Origin: Pseudobdellovibrionaceae bacterium
Lineage (GTDB): Bacteria; Bdellovibrionota; Bdellovibrionia; Bdellovibrionales; UBA1609
NCBI GenBank assembly: GCA_030591685.1
Contig: JAUVAX010000024.1
Span: 1-37,317 of the forward strand
Direction of reading: 5' to 3'
DNA: 37,317 bases
In this document: piece after piece, positions 28,304 to 37,317 of the stretch
Numbering within the stretch: the first letter of the stretch is position 1
How the letters are laid out: every line of letters starts with the position of its first letter
Program-made: the position numbers and the translations under genes
Notes under the pieces: generated by a model
Told to the model about the DNA's origin: nothing
Database searches by the model: none
What the model saw: only the letters and a program-made list of their open reading frames with translations

Positions 28304-29662
28304 ATGCGTATAGCCACATCAAGAGTACATTTTATAGGAATTGGCGGTATAGGTATGTGCGGCCTTGCAGAGCTCTTACATAATATGGGGGCTAGGGTTT
28401 CTGGTAGTGATTTTTTAGCAAATGACCAGACCGCTCACTTAGAGTCAATAGGGGTTACTGTTTTCAAGGGCCACAGTGCCGAAAATTTATCGGACTGTGA
28501 TGTGGTTGTATACTCTAGTGCAGTAAAGTCGAATAATATAGAGTTTGAAGCCGCCATTAATAAAAGGATCCCCCTCATCCCTCGCGCGGAGGCATTGGCC
28601 GAAATTATGCGCTTAAAAAGAGGTGTTGCTGTTGCGGGGACTCATGGCAAAACAACAACAACAAGTTTAGCAGCTTCTATTTTTTTATCGGCTCATTTAG
28701 ACCCGACTATTGTTGTGGGAGGGCGTTTAGACCTCATTCAGTCAACAGCTAAACTTGGTTCGGGGGAGTGGCTTATTGCTGAGGCCGATGAGAGTGATGG
28801 GAGATTTTTAAACCTCTCACCTGAAATAGCTATTATAACGAACATAGACAAGGACCATCTTGATTATTATAAAACCTTTACGGCCTTAAAAAAAACCTTT
28901 TACGATTTTGCTCAAAGAATCCCTTTTTACGGCAGTCTCATTGCCTGTGGTGATGACCCTATAGTTAAAGATGTTTTTGGTAGTTTTCCAAAAAAATGTT
29001 TATTTTATGGTTTTAGTAACTCAAATGAATACCATCTTGAGGGTTCAAAAAGTCACTATAAAGTTTTCTTTAAGGGCTTTTTACTGGGTGAAATAACTAT
29101 GCCGCTGCCGGGGCGTTATAATGCGTTAAATACATTAGCAGCTATAATTTCAGGGCTTGTCGCGGGGTTAACTTTTGATCAGTGCAAAGTTGGGATTGAG
29201 TCCTTTAAAGGGGTTGATCGAAGATTTCAACATAAAGGGCTTCGTTCGGGAGTTGATTATTATGATGATTACGGCCACCACCCAACCGAAGTGGTGTCGG
29301 TAATCTCTGCATTTAAAGAACAGTATCCGGAGCGACATTTGCGTGTGCTTTTTCAACCCCACAGGTATTCGCGAACTAAAATCTGCTGGAATGAATTTAT
29401 TAAGGCCTTTGATTTGGCCGATGAGCTTATCATGTTAGATATCTACGCGGCCGGCGAGGACCCTATTGAGGGGGTGACATCTGAAATTTTAGCCTCTGAT
29501 ATTACGGGCACAAAGGTCACATACTTGCCATCTAACGACGAGCAATTATTAATCAATGGGCTTAAAGATATTCAATTAAACTTTAAGCGCGGCGATATAT
29601 TTTTAAGCTTAGGCGCCGGTAATGTGGGGCGTATAGCCGAAAGCCTTATCGATTCGGACTAA
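28304..29662 (+). CDS. murC: UDP-MurNAc:L-Ala ligase
   Basis: HFIGIGGIGM, AGTHGKTTT, EADESD, DDYGHHPTE and FQPHRYSR. Confidence 0.98.
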   Translation: MRIATSRVHFIGIGGIGMCGLAELLHNMGARVSGSDFLANDQTAHLESIGVTVFKGHSAENLSDCDVVVYSSAVKSNNIEFEAAINKRIPLIPRAEALAEIMRLKRGVAVAGTHGKTTTTSLAASIFLSAHLDPTIVVGGRLDLIQSTAKLGSGEWLIAEADESDGRFLNLSPEIAIITNIDKDHLDYYKTFTALKKTFYDFAQRIPFYGSLIACGDDPIVKDVFGSFPKKCLFYGFSNSNEYHLEGSKSHYKVFFKGFLLGEITMPLPGRYNALNTLAAIISGLVAGLTFDQCKVGIESFKGVDRRFQHKGLRSGVDYYDDYGHHPTEVVSVISAFKEQYPERHLRVLFQPHRYSRTKICWNEFIKAFDLADELIMLDIYAAGEDPIEGVTSEILASDITGTKVTYLPSNDEQLLINGLKDIQLNFKRGDIFLSLGAGNVGRIAESLIDSD

Positions 29663-29665
29663 ATT

Positions 29666-30574
29666 ATGTCATCAAAATTAATTGTAAAAAATCACAGTCT
29701 AAAGCCCTATAGCTCATGGCAGGTGGGCGGAGAGGCGGAGTTCTTTGCTTTGCCCAAAACGTTAGACGAAATAAAAGATTGTATTTATTGGTCTAAAAAA
29801 AATAATAAAACCCTGACCGTATTGGGTGATGGGAGTAACGTACTGATCAGCGATCAAGGCGTAAAAGGGCTTGTGATTTGCTTGTCAAACTTTAAGGGTA
29901 TTGAGTCTCAAAATAGTAGCGACAATCGATTTCAAATTATTGCTAAAGCCGGTACAAGTAAAGTAGATTTATTGAGAGCTTTTATGAAGCAAAAGTTAGC
30001 CCCGGCCTTGTTTTTATCGGGCCTTCCGGGGCAGTTAGCAGGTGGCATTGTTATGAATGCGGGCGTGAGTGAAGCCCGAGTGCCAAAAGAGTTTTGTGAA
30101 ATCGTAGATTGGGTTGAGGTTTTAAAAACAGGCCCTGATGATGACCTTGAAACAAAGCGATATCAAAAAAGTGAAATTTCATGGAGCTATCGCGGATCTT
30201 CAGGTTGGCAGCCTGGAGTTATTGTTCGAGCCCAGCTCAGTTGGCCGAACAGTCCAGACGCTGAAATCCCAAAAAAAGTAATTGCCGCAAATAAGTTAAG
30301 GCTATCAAACCAACCCTTAGAGCTGCCAAGTTGTGGTTCGACGTTTAAAAACCCAGGCCCCATTAGTGCTGGTCAGTTAATTGAAGAGTGTGGGTTAAAG
30401 GGGTACCAAGTTGGGGGTGCTAAAATATCTGAAAAGCACGCTAATTTTATTGTGAATATTAACAGTGCTAAGGCTTCAGATATTGCTAATATTATAGCCC
30501 ATGTAAAGCTTGTGGTTAAAAATGAAAAGCAAACGGACCTTGTCACAGAAGTTAAATATATAGGCTCATGGTAA
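29666..30574 (+). CDS. murB: UDP-N-acetylenolpyruvoylglucosamine reductase
   Basis: GDGSNVL, MNAG, QPLELPSCGSTFKNP and SEKHANF. Confidence 0.97.
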   Translation: MSSKLIVKNHSLKPYSSWQVGGEAEFFALPKTLDEIKDCIYWSKKNNKTLTVLGDGSNVLISDQGVKGLVICLSNFKGIESQNSSDNRFQIIAKAGTSKVDLLRAFMKQKLAPALFLSGLPGQLAGGIVMNAGVSEARVPKEFCEIVDWVEVLKTGPDDDLETKRYQKSEISWSYRGSSGWQPGVIVRAQLSWPNSPDAEIPKKVIAANKLRLSNQPLELPSCGSTFKNPGPISAGQLIEECGLKGYQVGGAKISEKHANFIVNINSAKASDIANIIAHVKLVVKNEKQTDLVTEVKYIGSW

Positions 30575-30691
30575 GCGGAGCTTTAAATTAAAATGTTGCT
30601 AAAAAGCCTATGAAAACTCAAAAATTTAGGGGCTAGTCGGATACAGGCTTGCGTGTTACTGTTGTCATATTATCTGGGAGGGTTTTTTAAA

Positions 30692-31618
30692 ATGAAATAT
30701 AAAAAAATAGCCCTAGTTAAAGGCGGCATGGGCTCAGAGAGAGATGTTAGCTTGTCTACGGGCGCTGCGTTTGAGCAATCACTTAAAGATTTAAATTTAG
30801 AATACGTAGTCATTGATGCTAAAGAGGACTTCCCGAGGCTTCTGATGGAGTCCGGAGCTGACGTGGCTCTATTAGCCCTTCACGGTAAATATGCTGAGGA
30901 TGGTGTTGTTCAGGGGATATGTGAGTATTTAAAAATACCCTACTCAGGCAGCGGTGTGCTCACCTCTGCGCTTTGTATGAATAAAGTCTTAACTAAGCAG
31001 ATTTTTTTACAAAATGGCGTATCGACCCCTGAATATCAGTTAGTAGATCTTTCTATGACCTCTGTGGATAAAGTGGATATATTTTTACAAGCCCCAGTTG
31101 TAGTAAAGCCCTCACGAGATGGGTCAAGTGTTGGCATTACTATTTGTAAAACTAACGCCGAAATCAGGCCCGCTATTGAAGAGGCCAGTAAGTTTGATGA
31201 CCAAATACTCATTGAAAGGTTTATTTCCGGCATTGAGTTGACCGTGCCGGTAATTATGGGCAAAAGCCTAACTCCTATTGAAATTTTGCCTAAGCTTGAG
31301 TTTTATAACTATGAAAACAAATACACGGCCGGAAATACCGATTATTTTCTCCCAGCAAGGGTTGAGAAAGAGGCCTTAGAGGATCTAAAACAACTCTCAG
31401 AGAAAATTTATACGATCTTTAATATAGGGACCTACTGCCGTATTGACTATATGATGGACAGGAACTCTAAACTATATGTATTAGAAATAAACACTCTCCC
31501 CGGGTTTACGCCCACCTCGCTTGTGCCAAAATCAGCAAAACATGATGGCATTCAATTTAACGACCTCATCTTAACTCTTATCGAAGGGGCGCACTTAGAT
31601 TACCAGGGTGTTAAGTGA
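30692..31618 (+). CDS. ddl: D-alanine--D-alanine ligase
   Basis: GGMGSERDVS, LHGKYAEDG, GSSVG, YENKY and EINTLPG; start reassigned to ATG 30692 after GGGAGG. Confidence 0.96.
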   Translation: MKYKKIALVKGGMGSERDVSLSTGAAFEQSLKDLNLEYVVIDAKEDFPRLLMESGADVALLALHGKYAEDGVVQGICEYLKIPYSGSGVLTSALCMNKVLTKQIFLQNGVSTPEYQLVDLSMTSVDKVDIFLQAPVVVKPSRDGSSVGITICKTNAEIRPAIEEASKFDDQILIERFISGIELTVPVIMGKSLTPIEILPKLEFYNYENKYTAGNTDYFLPARVEKEALEDLKQLSEKIYTIFNIGTYCRIDYMMDRNSKLYVLEINTLPGFTPTSLVPKSAKHDGIQFNDLILTLIEGAHLDYQGVK

Positions 31619-31699
31619 TATTGAAAATTTGACGAGGTCATTGTTCATGCATTAGACTTTTAAAAGAGCACCACTTCCCATATTAGAGAACAGAGGTTT

Positions 31700-32419
31700 T
31701 TGTTGAAAAAAAAAGTATACTTACCTTTAGGCTTCGCTCTTTCAATATTTTTGGCTTACACACTGTATTCATTTAGCTCCATGCCGATTAAGGCTGTTGA
31801 GTTTAGGTCTGTAGCCGCTGTAGATGGTCTATTATTTAAAAAAGTAAAAACCCAACTGGAGAGCTTATCTCAAGAGTACGTAGGCCAGAATTTAATAAAG
31901 CTAAATTTAAGAATGCTTGCCAATAGGTTTGAAGAGTATAAAGAGATAAAAGAGGCCCGAGTTTTCAGGCGGTTTTCGGGGCGAGTAAACGTCGATTTAC
32001 TGTTTCATAAGCCGTCGGCGGTTTATTTGTCAAAAAGAAATAAGCTGTACCCTGTTTCAGTAACAGGGGTTTTGTTGAGTGAAATTGCGGTCAAAGAATT
32101 CCCGGACTTGCCAATTATTCGGGGTGAATTATTTATGACAGATAAAAAAGCTAGACTAAGGGCTGTAAAAATTTTGGAATTTTTACCTCAAGCCGGGCGG
32201 TTTTCAAAAGAAAACATATCAGAAATCTATAAATCAAAAACTAACGGGTACACTCTTGTATTGAAAAGCACAGGCACAGAGGTCTTTCTGGGAGAGAGTT
32301 TTATAAATAAAAAACTTTTATCTGTAGCTAAGGTTTTAAAATACATGGATGACGGACGACTTGAGGGCCGCGTCATTGATGCTCGGTTCTTAAAGAAAGT
32401 GGTTGTCAAGGTATACTAA
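31700..32419 (+). CDS. ftsQ: cell division protein FtsQ
   Basis: N-terminal TM, POTRA-like GQNLIKLNL..ARVFRRF, LPIIRG and terminal IDARF..VVV; lies between ddl and ftsA. Confidence 0.8.
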   Translation: MLKKKVYLPLGFALSIFLAYTLYSFSSMPIKAVEFRSVAAVDGLLFKKVKTQLESLSQEYVGQNLIKLNLRMLANRFEEYKEIKEARVFRRFSGRVNVDLLFHKPSAVYLSKRNKLYPVSVTGVLLSEIAVKEFPDLPIIRGELFMTDKKARLRAVKILEFLPQAGRFSKENISEIYKSKTNGYTLVLKSTGTEVFLGESFINKKLLSVAKVLKYMDDGRLEGRVIDARFLKKVVVKVY

Positions 32420-32479
32420 CAAACCTTAGCCTATACTTAGGGACGGAGCTTCTTAGAAACATAGCATCAAGGATTTTAG

Positions 32480-33709
32480 ATGGTAGAAAAAGGCAGCAAA
32501 GAGCTTATCGCAGGTTTAGACATTGGTACTACCAAAGTCTCCTGTATCATTGGTCAGTCGGGCCCTCAAGGATTAGATATTATAGGAGTTGGTACCTCTG
32601 CTAACAGAGGTGTTCGGCAGGGGGCTGTGATTAATATAGACATCACAGCTGAGGCCATTACAAAAGCCAAAGAAGAGGCCGAGCTCATGGCTGGGCAAAA
32701 GGTATCAGAGGTTTGGTTAGGTGTGGCGGGCTCCCATATGCAGTCGTTTGATTCAAACGGGATGATCGCAGTTAGAAACCAAGAGGTGGATCAAGATGAT
32801 GTCGCCCGTGTTATTGAGGCCGCTCAGGCCGTAGCCATACCCAGTGATCGAGAGGTACTTCATGTTCTCCCAACACAATATATGGTTGACGGTCAGTCAG
32901 GTATTTTGGACCCCGTTGGTATGTCAGGGGTGCGGCTAGAGGCATCAGTGCATATTATTACGGGGGCTAAATCGGGGTTACAAAACGCCATTAAGTGCAC
33001 TCAAAAAGCGGGTTTAAAGGTTAAGGGTTTAGTTTTACAGCAGTATGCTTCGGCTCTTGCGGTATTATCTGAGGATGAAAAAAACTTAGGCGTATGTACG
33101 GTTGATATGGGCGGCGGGACTTGTGATTTAATTGCTTTCACATCAGGTGCTGTGACTTACACTGGCGTTGTCCCTGTAGGGGGTCAAAACTTTTCGCATG
33201 ACATAGCTATGGGCTTGCGAACGACTCAAAACAATGCCGAAGAATTAAAGCGAAAGTACGGCAGTGCTTTAACAGAAACCGTTTCGCACGAAGAAACCAT
33301 AGAGGCTGAGAGTGTCGGGGGTCGACAAAAAAGAATGCTCAGTCGTTATGACCTTTGTGAAATAATAGAGGCCCGGGCTGAAGAAACATTAAAATTAATT
33401 AAAACAAAAATTGAAGAGGCCGGCTTAACTAAAAAACTCGGCAGCGGTATCGTGCTCACAGGCGGAGTCAGTCAACTGAATGGACTTAACGAAATGGGTG
33501 ATTTTATATTTGATATCCCTGTACGTAAAGGTTTTGCAAGTCGCACGGGCGGGCTTAAGGACATTGCTAAGTCCCCTCAGTACGCAACAGCAGTGGGACT
33601 GCTACTTTATGGGTTAAAACAAAGCCCAGTAAAAAAGCAAAGCAGACCTCGTGAAAAAACAAATAAATTTATTAATAAGGTTCGTCAATTTTTTGAAGAA
33701 GCACTTTGA
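32480..33709 (+). CDS. ftsA: cell division protein FtsA
   Basis: GLDIGTTK, DMGGGT, AEELK, GIVLTGG and an amphipathic C-terminal helix. Confidence 0.98.
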   Translation: MVEKGSKELIAGLDIGTTKVSCIIGQSGPQGLDIIGVGTSANRGVRQGAVINIDITAEAITKAKEEAELMAGQKVSEVWLGVAGSHMQSFDSNGMIAVRNQEVDQDDVARVIEAAQAVAIPSDREVLHVLPTQYMVDGQSGILDPVGMSGVRLEASVHIITGAKSGLQNAIKCTQKAGLKVKGLVLQQYASALAVLSEDEKNLGVCTVDMGGGTCDLIAFTSGAVTYTGVVPVGGQNFSHDIAMGLRTTQNNAEELKRKYGSALTETVSHEETIEAESVGGRQKRMLSRYDLCEIIEARAEETLKLIKTKIEEAGLTKKLGSGIVLTGGVSQLNGLNEMGDFIFDIPVRKGFASRTGGLKDIAKSPQYATAVGLLLYGLKQSPVKKQSRPREKTNKFINKVRQFFEEAL

Positions 33710-33724
33710 TCCATTGGAGGGATT

Positions 33725-35227
33725 ATGTTTGAGCTAGAAGAAGATATAAATTTAGGGGCAAATATAAAAGTTGTTGGCGTTGGTGGCGGCGGCAACAATG
33801 CCGTGCAAACAATGATCGATGGTGGCTTGCAGGGCATTGAGTTTATTGTGGCCAACACAGATAGGCAGGCTCTTGCAAAAAATAGTGCCGACACAAAAAT
33901 TCAGTTAGGTTCAGAGCTCACAAAGGGCCTTGGGGCCGGAGCGAACCCTGAGGTTGGCAAGCGAGCAGCTATTGAGTCTTATAATGATATTGTTGAAAAA
34001 CTAGATGGTGCCGACATGGTCTTTGTAACTGCCGGTATGGGCGGGGGCACAGGTACTGGTGGTGCGCCTATTGTTGCAAAAATAGCTAAAGAGCTTGGAG
34101 CCTTAACCATAGGTGTTGTGACCAGGCCCTTTTTATTTGAAGGTAAAAAGCGAAAACGACATGCTGATGCCGGCATTCAGGAGCTTAAAGAAAATGTAGA
34201 TACCTTAATTGTTATCCCAAACCAAAAGCTTTTATCTATTTCGGGAGAGAGAACTCAACTTTTAGAGGCTTTTAAAAAAGCAGACGAAGTGCTCTTGCAG
34301 GCTGTAAAAGGGATTTCTGACCTGATTAATATACATGGCTTAATTAATTTAGATTTTGCAGATATAAGAACAGTTATGGCCTCAAAAGGTATGGCCATAA
34401 TGGGCGCGGGTATAGCTACTGGCGAAAACAGAGCCGTTGAAGCCGCTACAAATGCTGTTTCAAGCCCTCTGCTTGAAAACATAGCTATTGATGGAGCCAC
34501 TGGTATTATAATAAATGTAACCGGAGGCCCAGAGTTGACCTTATGGGAGGTAAATGAGGCTTCAACACTCATTACTGAAGCCGCCCATGAGGATGCTGAA
34601 ATTATTTTCGGAGCTGTTATTGATGAAAACATGTCCGAAGAGGTTCGGGTTACTGTGATTGCCACAGGGTTTGGGAGCGAAAATAACCTGAGCGTGAACG
34701 ATCAAATACATAAGCTCCAGCAAATGGCACAAGCCCAGTTAAGTATGCAGGCTAACCAAAGCACATTAGCGGCCAATGAATATATAATGCCGCCGAACCC
34801 TAATGCAAACATTCAAATTCAACCAACGTATCCTCCGCAGATGCCCCAAGAGATGGCCCCTGTTGCGCCACAAACAATAAATCAAGCGATTTTGCCGCCA
34901 ATGAGTGAGCCTTTGGTGCCTCTTCAACAAGTAGAGACTTTGACTCAAGCACCTCCAGTAGTAGAGGCGCCAGTGAATACGGCACCCGAACTAGAGGCTA
35001 CACCAAGGGAGCTTCTTCTTGCCAAAGCCAAGGCTTTTAAAGAAAACCAAACAACAGTTAGCCCGGCTCAACAACAGTTCCCTTTAGGGTCTGAGGGTAT
35101 GAACCCCCTAGAGCAAGCCAAGCAAATGGCACAACAAGCAGGGGCATCACCCTTTAATAACCAAGATAATTTAGACGTGCCCTCTTATTTAAGAAAGCGT
35201 CATGAAGATGATGGTGCGGGCTTATAA
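33725..35227 (+). CDS. ftsZ: cell division GTPase FtsZ
   Basis: [24 protein letters not shown] and C-terminal peptide LDVPSYLRK. Confidence 0.99.
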   Translation: MFELEEDINLGANIKVVGVGGGGNNAVQTMIDGGLQGIEFIVANTDRQALAKNSADTKIQLGSELTKGLGAGANPEVGKRAAIESYNDIVEKLDGADMVFVTAGMGGGTGTGGAPIVAKIAKELGALTIGVVTRPFLFEGKKRKRHADAGIQELKENVDTLIVIPNQKLLSISGERTQLLEAFKKADEVLLQAVKGISDLINIHGLINLDFADIRTVMASKGMAIMGAGIATGENRAVEAATNAVSSPLLENIAIDGATGIIINVTGGPELTLWEVNEASTLITEAAHEDAEIIFGAVIDENMSEEVRVTVIATGFGSENNLSVNDQIHKLQQMAQAQLSMQANQSTLAANEYIMPPNPNANIQIQPTYPPQMPQEMAPVAPQTINQAILPPMSEPLVPLQQVETLTQAPPVVEAPVNTAPELEATPRELLLAKAKAFKENQTTVSPAQQQFPLGSEGMNPLEQAKQMAQQAGASPFNNQDNLDVPSYLRKRHEDDGAGL

Positions 35228-35252
35228 CTAAAGCCCTGCACTCGCTATATGT

Positions 35253-35279
35253 AAGGGCCCATAACAGGGTCCTTTTTTT
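35253..35279 (+). terminator. rho-independent terminator after ftsZ
   Basis: AAGGGCCC-ATAACA-GGGTCCTT followed by a T run. Confidence 0.8.
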
Positions 35280-35318
35280 AAAAATATTTTTTAAATTCAT
35301 GTTGATATAGAAGGCTTA

Positions 35319-36062
35319 ATGGATAAGGCTTATTTTGTTTCTGATGTTCATTTAAACTCTGAAGAGGATCCTCGTTGGCCTCAGTTTCTTAATTTTTTAT
35401 TATCTTTAGACAATAAAAAAATAACGCATCTTTTTTTAGTGGGTGATATTTTTGATTTGTGGATTGCAGATCATTACTGTTTTAAGGATAAATATCGCCC
35501 ATTTATTGCTGAAATTAAACGTTTACAAGATAGTGGCGTTGAGGTGCATTACTTTGAGGGCAATCATGATCTCTACCTCAAACATTTTTGGTCTAAAGTC
35601 ATAGGGGTTCAAGTTCATGAGGAGTTTGGTAGTTTTGAGCTTAATAAAAAGCTTATTAGAGTAGAGCATGGAGATTTAATCGACCCCGATGATAAGGGTT
35701 ATTTGGCTTTAAGGCATATCTTAAGAACAGGCTTTATGAAATTATTTGCACTCTATATGCCAGCTTTCATAGTTGTTAAGCTTGGCGAATTTGCAAGCAG
35801 AAAATCTCGTCACTATACATCCGAAGTCAAAACCATTGATAAGCCCTTAGCTATTAAAAAAATAAGAGCACATGCTGAAAGAGTCTCTCGAGATGTCCCG
35901 TATAACTTTATTATCTCCGGACATATGCACGTACGTGATGATTTTACAATTAAAGAGGACCACTGGAAGACCAGGTCTATTAATTTAGGCAGCTGGCTTT
36001 CGGGTAAAATAAAAGTTTTTTACATAGATAAAAATAAGCAAAAATTTATTGATATTAAATAG
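35319..36062 (+). CDS. lpxH: UDP-2,3-diacylglucosamine hydrolase (calcineurin-like phosphoesterase)
   Basis: SDVH, GDIFDLW, GNHD, HGD and GHMH motifs. Confidence 0.8.
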   Translation: MDKAYFVSDVHLNSEEDPRWPQFLNFLLSLDNKKITHLFLVGDIFDLWIADHYCFKDKYRPFIAEIKRLQDSGVEVHYFEGNHDLYLKHFWSKVIGVQVHEEFGSFELNKKLIRVEHGDLIDPDDKGYLALRHILRTGFMKLFALYMPAFIVVKLGEFASRKSRHYTSEVKTIDKPLAIKKIRAHAERVSRDVPYNFIISGHMHVRDDFTIKEDHWKTRSINLGSWLSGKIKVFYIDKNKQKFIDIK

Positions 36063-36074
36063 CTATTTAAGGCG

Positions 36075-36470
36075 CTATTCATGTGTCCCTAAAAAATCGC
36101 AAAGCTGCTTCATTATGACCTCTTCTCTTACATGAAGCTGCTTATCTGAAACAATAATTTGCTGGGCAATTTGAATCAAAAAATCAGTAATATTTTTTTT
36201 GCCCTTAAATCTTTGTAAATGCTCCTTGGTGGTATCTATAGCGCTTTGGTAGTCGTGAAGGTATATATCTTTTGCATCTAACATGTCCATGTCAAACTCT
36301 TGAGTGCTTAAGTGTTTGTAAAGCTCAGAGCCTTCTATTATTTGAGAGATCTTAGCTTGCTCTTCATCACTTATGCTGCCATCAGCAGTGCTGATTAAAT
36401 AAAATATCAAAGCAATACACTTAGATAGTGCACCTTTGTTCTCTGCATATAAGTCCCAGTTGATTTCCAT
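36075..36470 (-). CDS. TerB-like domain protein
   Basis: TADGSISDEE and SDKQLHVREE pseudo-repeats typical of the TerB fold. Confidence 0.7.
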   Translation of the reverse strand: MEINWDLYAENKGALSKCIALIFYLISTADGSISDEEQAKISQIIEGSELYKHLSTQEFDMDMLDAKDIYLHDYQSAIDTTKEHLQRFKGKKNITDFLIQIAQQIIVSDKQLHVREEVIMKQLCDFLGTHE

Positions 36471-36779
36471 AAACGCTCCGTTTTTTTAAATACTACAAAG
36501 TAAGAGCCTGAGACTCAAGTGATATGTTTCTATCCAGTGACCTAAGCCCTCGAGTCTATTTTTACTATTCAGCTTAAAGGTATCAAAGTAACCTAAGTTA
36601 AAGGAAAGGTGTTGAACTTGTGATCAGTTTATAGAGTTACCTGTGTTTTTTTCAATTTTGATAGGGGGTCGTGAAGTGTGCCCTTAAATGTGGTAGTTTT
36701 TATTTTCAGTGCATGTGTGTTTCAAAAGAAAGTATGGTCCAAAGGGCCATCGCAGCCTAACTATTCGAGGACTACAGCT

Positions 36780-36986
36780 ATGACCTATTTTAAATTCGTG
36801 TTATTAATAAGTACTGTTTACTCAATGAGTTTATTTGCAGAGCCAGAGGCTCAATTAACTGAAATTACGATCACACCTATAAAATCCTGGATAAAAAAGG
36901 CCGTGGGATTTAGCGCCCCACGGCCTTTTGTTGAATCAGAACTAAAAAAACCGTGGGATCCTCTGGAAGGGCCCCACGGTTTATGA
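36780..36986 (+). CDS. short hypothetical exported protein or gene fragment
   Basis: ATG after GAGG; signal-peptide-like MTYFKFVLLISTVYSMSLFA; only 68 codons. Confidence 0.3.
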   Translation: MTYFKFVLLISTVYSMSLFAEPEAQLTEITITPIKSWIKKAVGFSAPRPFVESELKKPWDPLEGPHGL

Positions 36987-37317
36987 ACTTGCTATCTTAT
37001 GTCAGCATTACTGTAGTGGGTGCACCTCTCTCCTGGAGACAGGCCACCACCAGCCTTTAAAAAATTGAGAAGCGTTCTTTTCTGTCCATGAATACATATT
37101 TTATTTATAGCCGGGTATTAAAAAATTGTCAATGAAAAATATTCGACCTATGTAGTTAGTGTCTGAACGAAAACCCAATAAAAGATATGAATACAAGGGC
37201 TTAGTGCCGAATTACGGAAGTGAAGATTTTAAGTTTTCGGCCACGAACTAGCTAATCCCGAATAAAGGCCTTGCACTGCTGAGTAAAATTGAATCAGAAC
37301 CCAAAAAAAACTTCACA

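Overview
AT-rich bacterial chromosome segment, most likely from a Bdellovibrionota-like organism (inference from gene content and an FQNC-type lipoprotein). The left part holds motA-motB, a degenerate HD-GYP gene, an orphan RND transporter, a DEDDh exonuclease with a WYL-like tail, an LspA fused to a HAMP-like membrane module, dacB with an MltD-like lytic transglycosylase, hpt, tdk, a vWA lipoprotein behind a sigma54-type promoter, and a zinc-ribbon membrane protein. The right part is a dcw cluster without mraZ: rsmH-ftsL-ftsI-murE-murF-mraY-murD-ftsW-murG-murC-murB-ddl-ftsQ-ftsA-ftsZ, followed by lpxH and a TerB-like gene. The most unusual feature is a ~1.15 kb insert between murD and ftsW carrying a RAYT-like (HUH/Y1) transposase gene and short REP-like palindromes. 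DNA next to these palindromes has strong strand-asymmetric composition. The 3' end of murD is synonymously shifted to G/T-ending codons (58 of the last 63 codons, none ending in A). The skew reverses to C/A-rich at a hairpin, and the transposase 5' end is itself skewed sequence. This suggests a local, palindrome-centred mutational process, which is a hypothesis and untested here.
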